Source of the DNA: Geosiphon pyriformis uo1
Lineage: Eukaryota; Fungi; Glomeromycota
DNA length: 47,036 nt
NCBI GenBank assembly: GCA_016748015.1
Contig: JAAOMT010000008.1
Span: 61,129 to 108,164, forward strand
Direction of reading: 5' to 3'
Of the stretch, positions 1 to 11,885 are shown one piece after another. How positions within the stretch are numbered: position 1 is the stretch's first letter; the number at the start of each line of letters is the position of its first letter. The notes beneath the pieces are model-generated. The model saw only the letters and a list, made by a program, of their open reading frames with translations, searched no databases and had not been told where the DNA came from. The translations under genes were made by a program, and so were the position numbers.

Positions 1-451
1 GATTACCAAATAATTACAAATCATATATACAAAACAAAAAAATTGTATTTAATGTATCTAAATATCAAATTTTTAATAAAAATAATAATTTAAATAGATA
101 TTTTTTGTAATATACTTTCTATCATGCTATTATATTTATTTCTCTATTGGTTATTTTTCTAAAAATATAATGAATAATTTTATCAAATTTTTTATTATTA
201 TTATTATCAAAGTCTGTTTCTAATATAAACTATATAATTAATATTATAATATTATTAAAATTGCTATTTAACACAAAACTATTATTTAATATAATTATAA
301 TAGCCAATATATACTTTGTTTTAAAGAAAGTACATATTCTAAAAGTTTATTAAAGTCGGAAAATAAAACCATTTAAAAAATAAATAATTTATAATTCTTT
401 TATTTTATTAATATTATTATCCAAAAATTTCTTTTTGTGAAATAATAAAAA

Positions 452-963
452 ATTTTTTTTTATTTTTTTTATTAACATTTTACAAGTGAGGCCCAAACAC
501 CACCTAGCACAATACATCAAACTAAATAATTTAAACTAGGCATGAATTATGCATTTTTTATACATGACCAGCCACTTAAGTTAATCAGAGCAACACTATG
601 AATCTATCATAATAAAAATTATACTATTAATACCAGCAAAAAAACTACAGAGTCTAAAAAAACCAAAACTGACACCATAAGCTTCAGCAATACTAAACAA
701 CCTAACAACACTAACAAAAAGTGAAAACAAAAAACCACAAATATTAAAAAGCACAGAATCATTATATTTAATCAAACATTTTTTCTCCATAAATGCTCTA
801 TATTTAGCCTTTATTATTCACACATTAATTCAATAAGCCATTCCCAATTCTCACACCAAATTGACTATTTTTATACTAATCGTTTTGACACATTTGAAAA
901 CATAGACAGTTTCTAAGTTTTATTTTTTGAACACAAAGTAGTATACATAATATTATTGAATAT
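452..963 (-). mobile_element. LINE-a: 3' end of a non-LTR retrotransposon (ORF2 C-terminus, ~125-nt 3' UTR, degenerate poly(A)), interrupted at 964 by LTR-0
   Basis: Minus-strand ORF 596-790 ends ...FGFFRLCSFFAGINSIIFIMIDS*, homologous to the LINE-b ORF2 end (...FGLSVGCLFFAGAASKIIVNIVV*). Upstream frames read ...KAKYRAFMEKK. A T-tract at 452-470 is the minus-strand poly(A). The UTR aligns with the LINE-c UTR at 40211-40325. Confidence 0.8.
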
Positions 964-1966
964 TATTACTTGAGTAGGAAAACCAATTCAAAGTTATAGA
1001 AAAAACATAACCAAAAACATGACAACACGAAATAACACAATATAACACAAAAAAACACAGAATAACACATAATAATGTGTTATAACATAGTATAATGCAT
1101 AATAATATAAGATAACATATTATAACATAATATAATGCATAATAATATAGAATAATATGTTATAACATAGTATAATTAGCAATAACATAAAAAAATAAAG
1201 CAATAACAGAAATAATAAAGCAATCAGAAACAATCCTGTAAAACAAAAAAAATATATAAAAATGAGTAGCTGTAAAAGTTAGAAAGACATCAAAACAAAA
1301 ATCAATTTTCTTCTTTATTATAATTATTACATCTTACAAAAACAAAAAACTTATTTGAAAACACAAAAATCATCAATATTGATCATTAATCATCTTATAT
1401 TTGAATCAAACTAATCTCTGTTTCATACTTTTGTTCTAAAACAGATGTTTTTAACATAAAATTCTCAAACCTTAACAACTTGGACCAATTGTTTTTGATC
1501 ATGGTAATTGATGATACTAATTCATTTTCTTCAATTTTATTTTTTTTATTTTATTTTATTTTTTCTTATAGAGTAATAACATAAAAAAATTGACTGTTTG
1601 GGAATAGACTTAATAATAACTTGGTAAAAAAAAAAAGCTCTTCTTAGGATTATATATTAATATTATCTTGATAGCTTACCAGAAAGGCAAAAAAACACTG
1701 CCAAACTTTAATAACTGCACTTATTAGCTTAGAAAAGATAGCTTATAGTTACAACAAAAAGTTGTAAAGTGTAAAAGTAAAAACTCTGTGCTTTATAACC
1801 AAAGAACTCCACAAGTAAATTTATATCAATTAAAGAGATCTTTAGAGACTAATAATACTGATACATCAAACAAACCTATTAGAAAAAAACCATCAAAAGC
1901 TCTCTAAAAACCCAAATTGTGAGCACCAAACATTACTATTAAACCCCATCAAGTTTACCCATAACA
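964..1966 (+). repeat. 5' LTR of LTR-0
   Basis: Runs TATTAC(964)...ATAACA(1966), a decayed TGTTAC...GTAACA, and is immediately followed by TTTGG-PBS. Internal blocks are homologous to the B/C/D LTRs (caatNg..ttgatcatgg..attg; ttggtaaaa...agcttaccagaa.ggc). The start boundary is less certain than the end. Confidence 0.7.
1016..1225 (+). repeat. Tandem AATAACAC/ATAAT-type repeats in U3 of the LTR-0 LTR (larger ~40-bp period at 1062-1175)
   Basis: Visible repeats such as tataacatagtataat x3 and aataacac(a) repeats, upstream of TATATAAA at ~1253. Confidence 0.7.
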
Positions 1967-1968
1967 TT

Positions 1969-1985
1969 TGGTACTCCCTGTGAGG
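1969..1985 (+). promoter_or_regulatory. Primer-binding site of LTR-0
   Basis: TGGTACTCCCTGTGAGG lies two nt after the LTR end; the same motif follows the 5' LTRs of A, B and D. Confidence 0.8.
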
Positions 1986-2126
1986 TTATAAAAATTCACA
2001 GAGACAAAACACTCAAGAAATTCACAAAAATAGTGACTTTTGGGATGATAAAAAAGATCACTAATTATACAAAAAAGCATTATTTTAATACTTTAGGCAA
2101 GATTTGGGAATACCACTTAAAGCCAT

Positions 2127-3088
2127 TCTTATCAGTAGAATTTTAGCCATTAAATAACATGAAATTATTCTCATAATTCCTATTATTAATTAGCATATAT
2201 TATTATTATTTCGATTATCACTTATTATTTAATCAAATTATCAAATATTATTACTCAATTAATAATCCGATTTGTACTCTAGAAATTAAGATGATCAAAT
2301 TACACAATACCCTGAACCATTTAATATAGTCGAAATTCGCCGAAATTAATAAAAATTGGCCGAAATAATTAATAGTTTAGTAAAATAACTTTGTAGTTTG
2401 CCAAAATGTATCATTAGTTTACCAAAATTGTAGCAAAGAAAAAAGTACAAGTTCAAAGACTAGTACTACAACAAGTTGTATAAAAGAAGAGCTTCTCTCT
2501 TTAAGAAAATGTATCTTCTCATAGTATTTTACCATAGTATCTTATTTTAGATATTTTAATTGAAACAAATCACCTTTTTACACATTCAAATAAAAATTAA
2601 ATATTTGAAAACCAAATCCTTTGATTATTATACTTGAAATTCTCTCAACACAACTAACGTTTTGAAATTGATTAGCTATCAATTTCAATAAACTGTTAGT
2701 GACTCCAGGCCTGAATAGAAAACGTTTCTCTTAACACAATTCTATTTCTTTTATTTTATTTTATTTTTTTTATTATAATCATTAGGGTAGCTTACAGATG
2801 AGATTCCTGTAGAAAAGTTAACTTTTACAGCAAAGTAACTACACATTTTTAATAAGTTTTCAGACAAGCAATTCTTGGGAAAGATTTAATGTTTACTACA
2901 ACGTAATTAAACAAAGTAACTGGCATAGAATTGGTCATTCTACTTATAAGCCCAGCAGTTTAAATTATAGAAGATAATTTGAAAATAAATTCAGTTATTG
3001 GAGGTTCAACTACTTCTAGAAAACGTGAATTCATGACAAACAGACATTAACAATATTCAAGAAAAGAGACCAAAAACCTCCAGTAATA
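2127..3088 (+). repeat. 5' LTR of LTR-A
   Basis: Direct repeat of 10910-11881; ends ccagtaata and is followed by tttggtgctc; TATAAAAG at ~2479. Confidence 0.95.
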
Positions 3089-3090
3089 TT

Positions 3091-3101
3091 TGGTGCTCTT
3101 T
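3091..3101 (+). promoter_or_regulatory. Primer-binding site of LTR-A
   Basis: TGGTGCTCTTT immediately after the LTR, sharing the TGGTGCTC core. Confidence 0.75.
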
Positions 3102-3133
3102 TATAGAAATAATACAGCAATAACAACTTTAAA

Positions 3134-4600
3134 GTGGCAATTACACCAGACACAACAACTCTAGAGTATTATCAGTCAATTTACATCCATTGCAAGCAAA
3201 AATTCAATATTTTAGATGGAATTAAAATTGTTAAAAATACATTTTACCAGTATATTGAAAACTGCATCAACAATTATCTTTTTGGAAATTACAACATTTC
3301 AGAAGTTAAAAGCAATCTCTACAATAATTTAGTACACTATTTACAGTGAAACACTTGCCACCTACTTCCAAAAACTTAATTTTAACATTATCAAGTATTG
3401 TGAAGAAACATATTCAGTACAGTCTAAATACTTTATTGACTTCAAATCAGAGACAGAAATAAGCAACAAAGACAAACAAAAACTGAAACAACACTTAAGT
3501 ACCATCCCAAATACTCCAAAGACACCAAAAACAATTACCAAACACTTACAAACACCTGAACAAGAAACCAGTATCAAATTACTACTTTCTATTACACCAT
3601 TTCTAATTTCACTTGCTTGACCACAAACACCAAATTCATTACTTAACCATTTCTTCAGACCAGAAGATTTTCAGTCACTTAGAAATCCTACTCAACAGCA
3701 GGAACCAATATCAACCAGCACCAATATTATTGATTACCTACAAAAAAACAAAAGTATTTATTCAGAGAACTTGGAAAGTGAGGAAACTGAATTAGAACAA
3801 GAAGAAACTACAGAAAACAAAAAAAAAATGGCAACTACTTATATTGCAAAAATTCTAGAATTTACTGGTGAAAATAATAATACCAGCTTTCAAGAATGGC
3901 TTGACAAAGTCCAGAAAGCAAGAGATACAAATGGTTGAAATACAACAAGAATGCTCAAAGCAATCCCATACTTTCTCTAAAGAACTACAAGAGAATGATT
4001 TGAAAACTTAAAAGAATTATTTGAAAACTGGCAAGCATTTAAAGATGCTTTCTTACAACAATTTACTGACAACAACACCTTCATTACTCTCTGAAATTGC
4101 TTTTGCAATATCAAACAAAAAACATCTGAAACTGTTATAACCTATCTTGGGAGATTTAACAAACTTCTTTGACAAATTCAACAATTGAAAACCAATGAAT
4201 ACTATTCCAATGCCCAGATTTTGAATCAGTTTATAGCAGGATTGAAAGACAAGTTAATCAAGAAAGTTTGTTCACATGCCCCAGAAGATTTAACAACAGC
4301 TATTAGACATGCAAAAAATTATAAAATGGCAATGGAAGAAACAAACCATACCAAACTTGTAAATCTTGCTATTAGAGAAACCAGCTCAGCAGCTGAAAAA
4401 AAAAATTGACTAACTTACAAAAAACATTAAAAACTATTTTACCAACCAACAACAACAGCAACAATCACAAAAATATCAGCCATCACAATAATGAAACCAA
4501 AACAATTACTCATCATTATCAAACAGCCAAAACCAAAGTTGTTACTATTATGGAATTCCAGAACATTGGAAATGAGATTGCTGAAAGCTACAAAGAAACC
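3134..4600 (+). pseudogene. gag: LTR-A gag: N-terminal extension (from GTG 3134), capsid (from ATG 3828) and CCHC knuckle (~4539-4580)
   Basis: MATTYIAKILEFTGE..QEWLDKVQK; AQILNQFIAGLKDKL..HAPEDLTTAI (retrotransposon capsid); decayed knuckle CYYYGIPEHWK*DC. Contains many stops and frameshifts. Confidence 0.85.
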
Positions 4601-5129
4601 AGCAAAACAAAAGTAATCAACACTACTTTTTGACATAGCAATTTTATTATCAGTCTTTACTACCAGCCTATTATTTTTTAAAACTCCAACAGCAAACCAA
4701 TTTCTATTAACTTGCTTCACAGCAACAATATTAGCAATCTCTACCAATTTAACAGTATCAGCCACCTACACAACAATATTAAGTACCAGCCCAAAAATTG
4801 GTTCAACATAACCAATTCACATCTCAAAATCAATTCAATAATAATAATAATAGAATCAATTCAAACAACTAATTGGTTTTTCGAAATTCTGGTCAGCAAA
4901 GACCCAATTACTACCACACTTAACCCAATTATTTCACAATGCCTGAAAAATCGGATTTTTAACAAACTGCACTTTCTAAAGGTGAAGTTGCAATACCAAA
5001 ATTAAATCCTTCCAACAATACTATTCTATCAGCCCAAATTGTCCAAAATACCAACCTTTCAGATATATTTTCATTCGAATTTAAAGCCAATGAATCACTA
5101 TTCTTGCTTAGCAATGCAGCAGTCAATGG

Positions 5130-5520
5130 ACAAAAAGCAATCACTACTATGTATACAGAAGCTGAAATAAAAAGAAAACTAATTTGGTTAATCTTAAACA
5201 ATAGATCAGCTAGAAGTACTATTACCTACCAGTTAATACAACAGCTTTAAAGAACTGTTGACAGACCAGCCCAAACTGTAATTGTTATAGCAGATAATAT
5301 AAAAAAGACACCAGTAGAAAAAATTGACAATTTTTCATTTATCATTAATGGAATTATTATTCCAGTCAAAGTTCTAATTATGAATGCATCCCAATACCAA
5401 GCTCTCATCAGAAATAATTAGCTTCTCAAGGCCAATGCAAATTTAGATTGAAAAATTCAGAAATTGAAAATTTTATACCAAAGACAATACATCAGAGTAC
5501 CTTCCATCTATAATATCTTT
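5130..5520 (+). pseudogene. LTR-A aspartic protease (decayed)
   Basis: LILNNRSARSTIT (~5188-5226) is a decayed LILDSGSAGSIIT; C-terminal YQALIRNN*L is a decayed ALxGNDWL. Confidence 0.8.
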
Positions 5521-6439
5521 AATAAAAAATTTAAAAAAGCTCTAGTATTCGAATTTGAAGAGGAGAAAGAATTACCAATTACTGAAATTTTTATGGTTCT
5601 TGAATTAACATCCAGTTGGGCTGAGGAAACAGAACAAGAAATCTTTGAGAAGACCAGAGAATAGAATGTAGTTAGATATTTCATACTAGAACCATAGAAA
5701 CAACCACTCTACATCCCACTTAAATGCAAAAATTACAACAAAAAACTTTCATCAATAAGAGCATGTATTTTTCTAAAAGAGGAATATAAAACTCGCACCT
5801 GCTATTTTTGCAAAGCATGCTATAGAGAACGATTTGGATATCCTAAAAGAAGTGGAAAATAGAACAACACTTCTTGTTTCACATGTGGATATATACTATT
5901 AGAAGAATGCAACTGGATTGATGTTGCAATAAAAGGAGAAGTATGTAATCAAACCTGTTAATATGTTCTATTAATTTTAGAAAAACTCAGAAGAGGAACA
6001 TTATTTGATACAGCATACAATAGTGCTTTCAATAAATTCTATTACTACCTTCATAATACTAAAATAATCTTTGATTTAGCAATGGCTTTAATTAATGGAG
6101 CCATACAGAAATATGTTCATCAAATAAAAGAAGTTGAATATATTAAATACACAATAGAATTAGCTGGATTTAACTATGAAAATAAAGTAGAAACATACCA
6201 CCAAATTGCAAGTCACATATATCCAACCCAAGAAGCTTAAATTCAATAATTAAAGCAAATGAATATTCAATTGTGTGAAGAATACATCATGTCTTGTGAT
6301 GACAAATAGTGTCCAGAATGCTATGCTCTTAGCATCTTCTTATTCAGTAAAAATGACTATGAAGAAATCAAATTTAAAGAACATAAGCCAGAAGAAAAAA
6401 GCACAACAATTCCAATCTATCTTACTGAAAATCAGTCTG

Positions 6440-6880
6440 TTATACAACTCAAATACTTTAACAACAATGAAAAAGGAATAAAACCAAAAAAAGCCCACGA
6501 AATTGATGCAGAATATGACTTAAGATATCTTGGCAAAGATATTTTAGTTTTTTAACCAAAATTTTTAACCAAAATCAATCTTAGAATTGCTCTTAAAATA
6601 CTACCAAAAGCAATGGTACAAATTGCTTTCTGATTATTATTGGCAAGCAAAAGAATCAATGTTAAAGAAGAAATCATAGATGCAAAATATACTGGAGACA
6701 TTACTATTATGCTACAGAATGAAACTGACAAACTATTCAAAATTGAACATGCTGAAAAAATTGCCCAAGCAATTTATCTACTCTTAATCAACATTTTGGA
6801 TTTATATTCAGTTAACAACAGAGAACAATTGGGAAAAAGTGAAAGAAAAATGCAGGATTTTGGTTCAACTGGACAATTTA
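6440..6880 (+). pseudogene. dut: LTR-A trimeric dUTPase domain (decayed)
   Basis: Motif 1 DAEYDL, motif 3 IIDAKYTGDI, motif 4 KIAQ, motif 5 ERKMQDFGSTG. Confidence 0.9.
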
Positions 6881-7379
6881 CAGTTCCAGTAAATATAGCT
6901 TTTAATACACAAAATAAATCTCACCAGATTCTTTAACTTCCTTAACCAATTACCATTTCACTTTTTGGAGAACATCAAGAAATTTACATTTGCTCAAAAC
7001 ACACCACTATCCAACAAATCTTTGAATCCAATAAACAAATCTGTTTAAAGCATGAAATCTCAATTCCAAACATTTATATTCCCAAAGGAATGAAGAAATT
7101 TCGAGTTATATTCTACAATCTCAATAATTACCTTATTGTCCTATTGAATAAGTTAGAGATTGGAATCATACACAGCAATATTTTTTAGAATAAAAACCCT
7201 CAAATTGTCTTTAATTTTATCGAAATTGTAAGGCATACTTTATTTCCAAATCCAAACATCATCTTTACTACTGAAAACTACCATTTTTTGGAAGAAAAAC
7301 TTTCTCAAATTAACATGAGTCTCTTAGAACCTCAACAACAAAAACAATTGAAATAGCTAATAATTAAATTTGCTGACAT

Positions 7380-10124
7380 ATTTGCAAAAGATAACAATGA
7401 CTTGGGAAAAACTGATATTATTCAACATCAGATCTATATAGAAGATGCTCCACCAAAATGACAACAAACCTATTAAGTTTCATCTGCTAGTCACCAATTT
7501 ATCAGAGAAGAGATTCAAAGAATGCTCAACAATAGATTGATTCAATCATCAAAAAGTCTTTGGGTCTCACCAGTAGTTTTTGTTAAAAAGAAAAACAGAA
7601 AAATCAGATTCTATGTAGATTATTGTTAACTCAACAGCATAACAATGAGAAATGTCTATCCTTTTCTAAGAATTGATAACATGCTAAATGCTCTAAGAAA
7701 AGCCAAGTTTTTTTCAACTTTAGACTTGAAAAGTGGATACTGGCAGGTCAAAATGAATTCAAAAGATCGACCCAAAACAGCATTTACTACTCAAAGAGGA
7801 AACTATAAGTTCAATGTTATGCTTTTTGGACTCTGCAATATACCAGCAACATTTCAATGACTAATAGATGTTGTATATAAAAAACTTTTGTGGCAATTAA
7901 TAGTTGTCTATCTGGATAATACTAATATGTACTTACCAAGCTTTGAAGCTCATCTTATCTACCTGTGAGAAGTTTTTCAATGATTATGGAAAACAGGATT
8001 AAAGTTGAACATTAAAAAATGTTATTTTAGAAAAACAACTCTAATCTTTTTTGGACACATTGTTAGCAAAGATGAAGTCAAACCAAACTCTGGAACAATC
8101 AGTGCTGTTAAAAACTTTTAAACACCCAAAAATACCACAAAACTATGAGAATTTATAGGATTAGCCTCATACTATTGGAAATTCATCAAAGGATTCAGAA
8201 ATTGCCAAACCACTCAATTATCTTACCAACAAAAATATGCCATACAAATAGACTAAAAAACAACAGAAAGCTTTTGAAACTCTCAAAACAAAATTAACAA
8301 CAGCCCTAGTTCTTGCTTATTCAGATTTCAACAAATAATTTCAACTAACCACTGATGTTTTACACATAGCATTTGGTGCTATTCTATTACAATTAGATAA
8401 AAATAGCCAAAAGCAAGTCATTGCCTATGTTAGTAGAACACTTAAACCAACAGAACTCAAATATGACTCAACCAAATTAGAAGCTGCTGCAGTTATTTGG
8501 GCTTTTAAACACTTTTAGCAATATCTAAAGAATGAAAAAGAATTTGACATCATAATTGACAATATTGGTTTCAAATGGTTCAATAAAAAGAAAACTAAAC
8601 AAAGTGCCAAACAGTCTCAATGGAATAATTTCTTAGCAGACTACAAATATATTGTACACCACAAATTAGAAAAACTACACACCAATGTTGATAGCTTTTC
8701 AAAAAAGAGACAAAATTAACATCACCAACAAATCTACTACAACTTACTACTACCAACAAAACAACAAAACAACAATAGATCCCAGAAATTACAACAACCT
8801 TAAAAACTATTTGGAGATTCATACCATGTCAAAAAATTGGTCTCCAAGTGAAAAACATTAATTACAATACCAATCCAAACAATATTTTAAACACCACAAC
8901 AAAATCTATTACAAAAATTGCAAAAACTCAAACCAACCACTCAAATTAGTACAAGAAAATGAAAAAGAAACAATCCTATATAACATGCACACAAATCTAT
9001 CTTCAGCACACTTGGAAAGAGATAGAACAATTCAAAAAATTCTTGAACATTATTTTTGGCACCACATGTAAAAAAACATTCGACAATATATAGAATCTTG
9101 TGATAGTTGTCAAAAAAGAGAAGAAACTTGCCCCACAGAACCTCTAAATCCAATCAAAGTTGAACAACCTTTTAACAGAGTTGAAATTGATTTAGTTGAA
9201 TTATTACCTATTACAATCAAAAGAAATCATTATATTGTAATTGCAGTAGATTATCTTATCAAATGGCTTAAAACTAGGGCCATCCAAACAGCAGATGCAA
9301 AATCAGTAGCAAATTTCATCTATGAAGACATTATTTGTAGACATAGATGCCCAATTGAACTCTTATCTAATTAAGAAACACATTTTGTAAACAATTTGAT
9401 ACAAAAAATTTGTGAATGATTCAATGTCAAAAGACTTCTATTATCATTTTATTACCCCAAACAAATGGACTTGTAGAATGTTTCAACAAATTTTGAGCAA
9501 GAATAGGATATTTTTATTCCATTAGTATTATTAGCATACAGAACAATGAAACAAGTTACTATAAAACACACATCATTTGATCTTACTTATGAAAGAACAG
9601 CAATATTACCAATTAATTTTACAGTGAAAACATATCCAGTACAACTTATCAATGAAGAAAACTTTCAAGAAACATTTCAAAGAAAAGCTTATACTTTTCT
9701 TAGTACACTGAAAGGAAAAAAACACATAATAGTTTCTCATATTGAACACTTCTAAGCTCTACAAAAAAAAAGGCATGACAACAAACTATTACCAATTACC
9801 AATGAATTTAAAATGGGAAATAAAGTTCTCTTATACAGAACTAAGGCTGAAAAACAATGGAGTAAAAAATTTGAACATAAATAGAATAAACCATTTTATA
9901 TTCACGAAATTTTAGGCAATAGATTATACAAGTTAAGATTTGATAACAAAGTACTAACAAAAGTTGCACATAGAGATAAATTGAAACACTATTATTTTAG
10001 AAACAATCTTAAACCATTAATTTCACAAATTGGTACACATTCCCCTTTAATTAATTCTAAAGATATTTCCCAAAATTTAGAACCAATAATTATAATAGAA
10101 CAACAACCAAACTTAAACACTTAA
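7380..10124 (+). pseudogene. pol: LTR-A reverse transcriptase, RNase H and integrase (decayed)
   Basis: FSTLDLKSGYWQV, KTAFTT..G.YKFNVMLFGLCNIPATFQ and YLDN (7909-7920). RH shows LTTD..GAIL..IAYVSRTL. IN shows H..H..CDSC, IDLV and NGLVECFN. Stop at 10122-10124. Confidence 0.92.
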
Positions 10125-10271
10125 TTCAACATAATTTTACAATAATCTTTTTAATAACACAAAAACAAAAAATAATAAATAATTACAAGAAACACCCAAA
10201 CCCAAAAACAAATAAAAACCCCAAATCCAAAAATAATTTTTTTTATTTTTTATTAGTCAATCATTTTTATT

Positions 10272-10909
10272 ATGATTATTCCCCAAAATATTTAACAAAT
10301 ATCCCAAAAATTAATGTTAGCCTTGAAAACACTTTTTGACTTATTTATAACGATTAATAGAAGTCAAATTAATTACATTCAAAAGAAACCACAGCCCCAG
10401 TAGTAAACAATTTTCGGAATTATTATCTCTATAGAAGAAAAACAAGAAGCCACTCTGAAAATTAATTACCAGAACTTTTGAAGCAAGCACTAAAAAAAAC
10501 CTTTTATTTGCCCCTATTAACATTCCACGAAATACCACAATTTAACAAAAACTTCTACTATTTCTCAATAAACAAAACAATAAACATACTCTTATATATA
10601 GATATTTTCATATTAGAAAAACACTTTATGAATAGAAACTGGAACTTGAAACAATACACATCACTTCTGAAACTATTCAAAAACAAATTCACAATGAATT
10701 TAAGACAGCAGCTGGACCAATAAACACTTACTACAAACTTAGAACAGTATTTAAACTCTATGAGTTATTTAATACTTGTGAAAATGTCCTACAAAATCCA
10801 ATACTTCACCTAATAAAAACTCAATATATTGAAAAGCTCACAAAACTGAAATTTCAACAATTTTCAGACCAGATCACTTCAATGGAGCTCAGTCTTGAGA
10901 AGAAGATTA
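10272..10909 (+). pseudogene. LTR-A extra 3' ORF (ORF3) of unknown function
   Basis: ATG at 10272 after a spacer. The C-terminal part (YKLRTVFKLYELFNTCENVLQNPILHLIKTQYIEKLTKLKFQQF) aligns with LTR-B ORF3. Confidence 0.65.
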
Positions 10910-11881
10910 TATTATCAGGAAAATTTTAGCCATTAAATAGCATAAAATTACCCTCATAATTTCTATTATTAATTAGCATACATTATTATTATTTCGATTA
11001 TCACTTATTATTTAATCAAATTATCAAATATTATTACTCAATCAATAATCCGATTTGTACTCTAGAAATTAAGATGATTAAATTACACAATACCCTAAAC
11101 CATTTAATATAGTCAAAATTCGCCGAAATTAATGAAAATTGGCCGAAATAATCAATAGTTCAGTGAAATAACTTATAGTTTGCCAAAATGTATTATTAGT
11201 TCACCAAAATTGTAGCAAAGAGAAAAGTGCAAGTTCAAAGACTAGTACTACAACAAGTTGTATAAAAGAAGAGCTTTTCTCTTCAAAAAAATGTATCTTC
11301 TTATAGTATTTTACCATAGTATCTTACTTTAGATATCTTAATTGGAACAAATTACCTTTTTACACATTCAAATAAAAATTAAATATTTGAAAACCAAATT
11401 CTTTGATTATTACACTTAAAATTCCTTTAACACAACTAATGTTTTGAAATTAATTAGCTATCAATTTCAATAAATTGTTAGTAATTCTAAGCCTAAATAG
11501 AAAATGTTTCTCTTAACATAATTTTATTTCTTTTACATTTCTTTTATTTTCTTTTTCTTTTCTTATCATAATTATTAGGGTAGTCTACAGACAAGATTTC
11601 TGTAGAAGAGTTGATTTTCACAGCAAAGTAACTACACATTTTTAGTGAGCTTTCAGACAAGCAATTCTTGGGAAATAGTTGATGTTTACTACAATGTAAC
11701 TACACAAAGTAACTGACACAGAATTGGCCATTTCATTTATAAGCCTAACAATTCAAATTATTTTCTATAATTTGAAGATAAATTCAGTTATTGAAGGTTC
11801 AATTATCTCTAGGAAATATGAATTTATAACAAACAAACATTAACAAAATTCAAAAAAAGAGACCAAAAACCTCCAGTAACA
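10910..11881 (+). repeat. 3' LTR of LTR-A
   Basis: Direct repeat of 2127-3088, TATTATCAG...CCAGTAACA, preceded by the purine tract GAGAAGAAGA. Confidence 0.95.
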
Positions 11882-11885
11882 CTAT

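Larger units (their letters stand above)
2127..11881 (+). mobile_element. LTR-A: full-length, decayed Ty3/gypsy element with dUTPase and 3' extra ORF
   Basis: Two ~965-bp LTRs, PBS at 3091, purine tract at 10898-10906, TSD CCAT(2123-2126)/CTAT(11882-11885), and gag-PR-dUTPase-RT-RH-IN order. Confidence 0.95.

Noticed and set aside
1-450. AT-rich start of the window as a gene or element
   Set aside because: No ORF, motif or repeat relationship could be supported.
6440-6880. dUTPase as a host or phage gene
   Set aside because: It is embedded at the same position within Pol in three elements and decays along with them.
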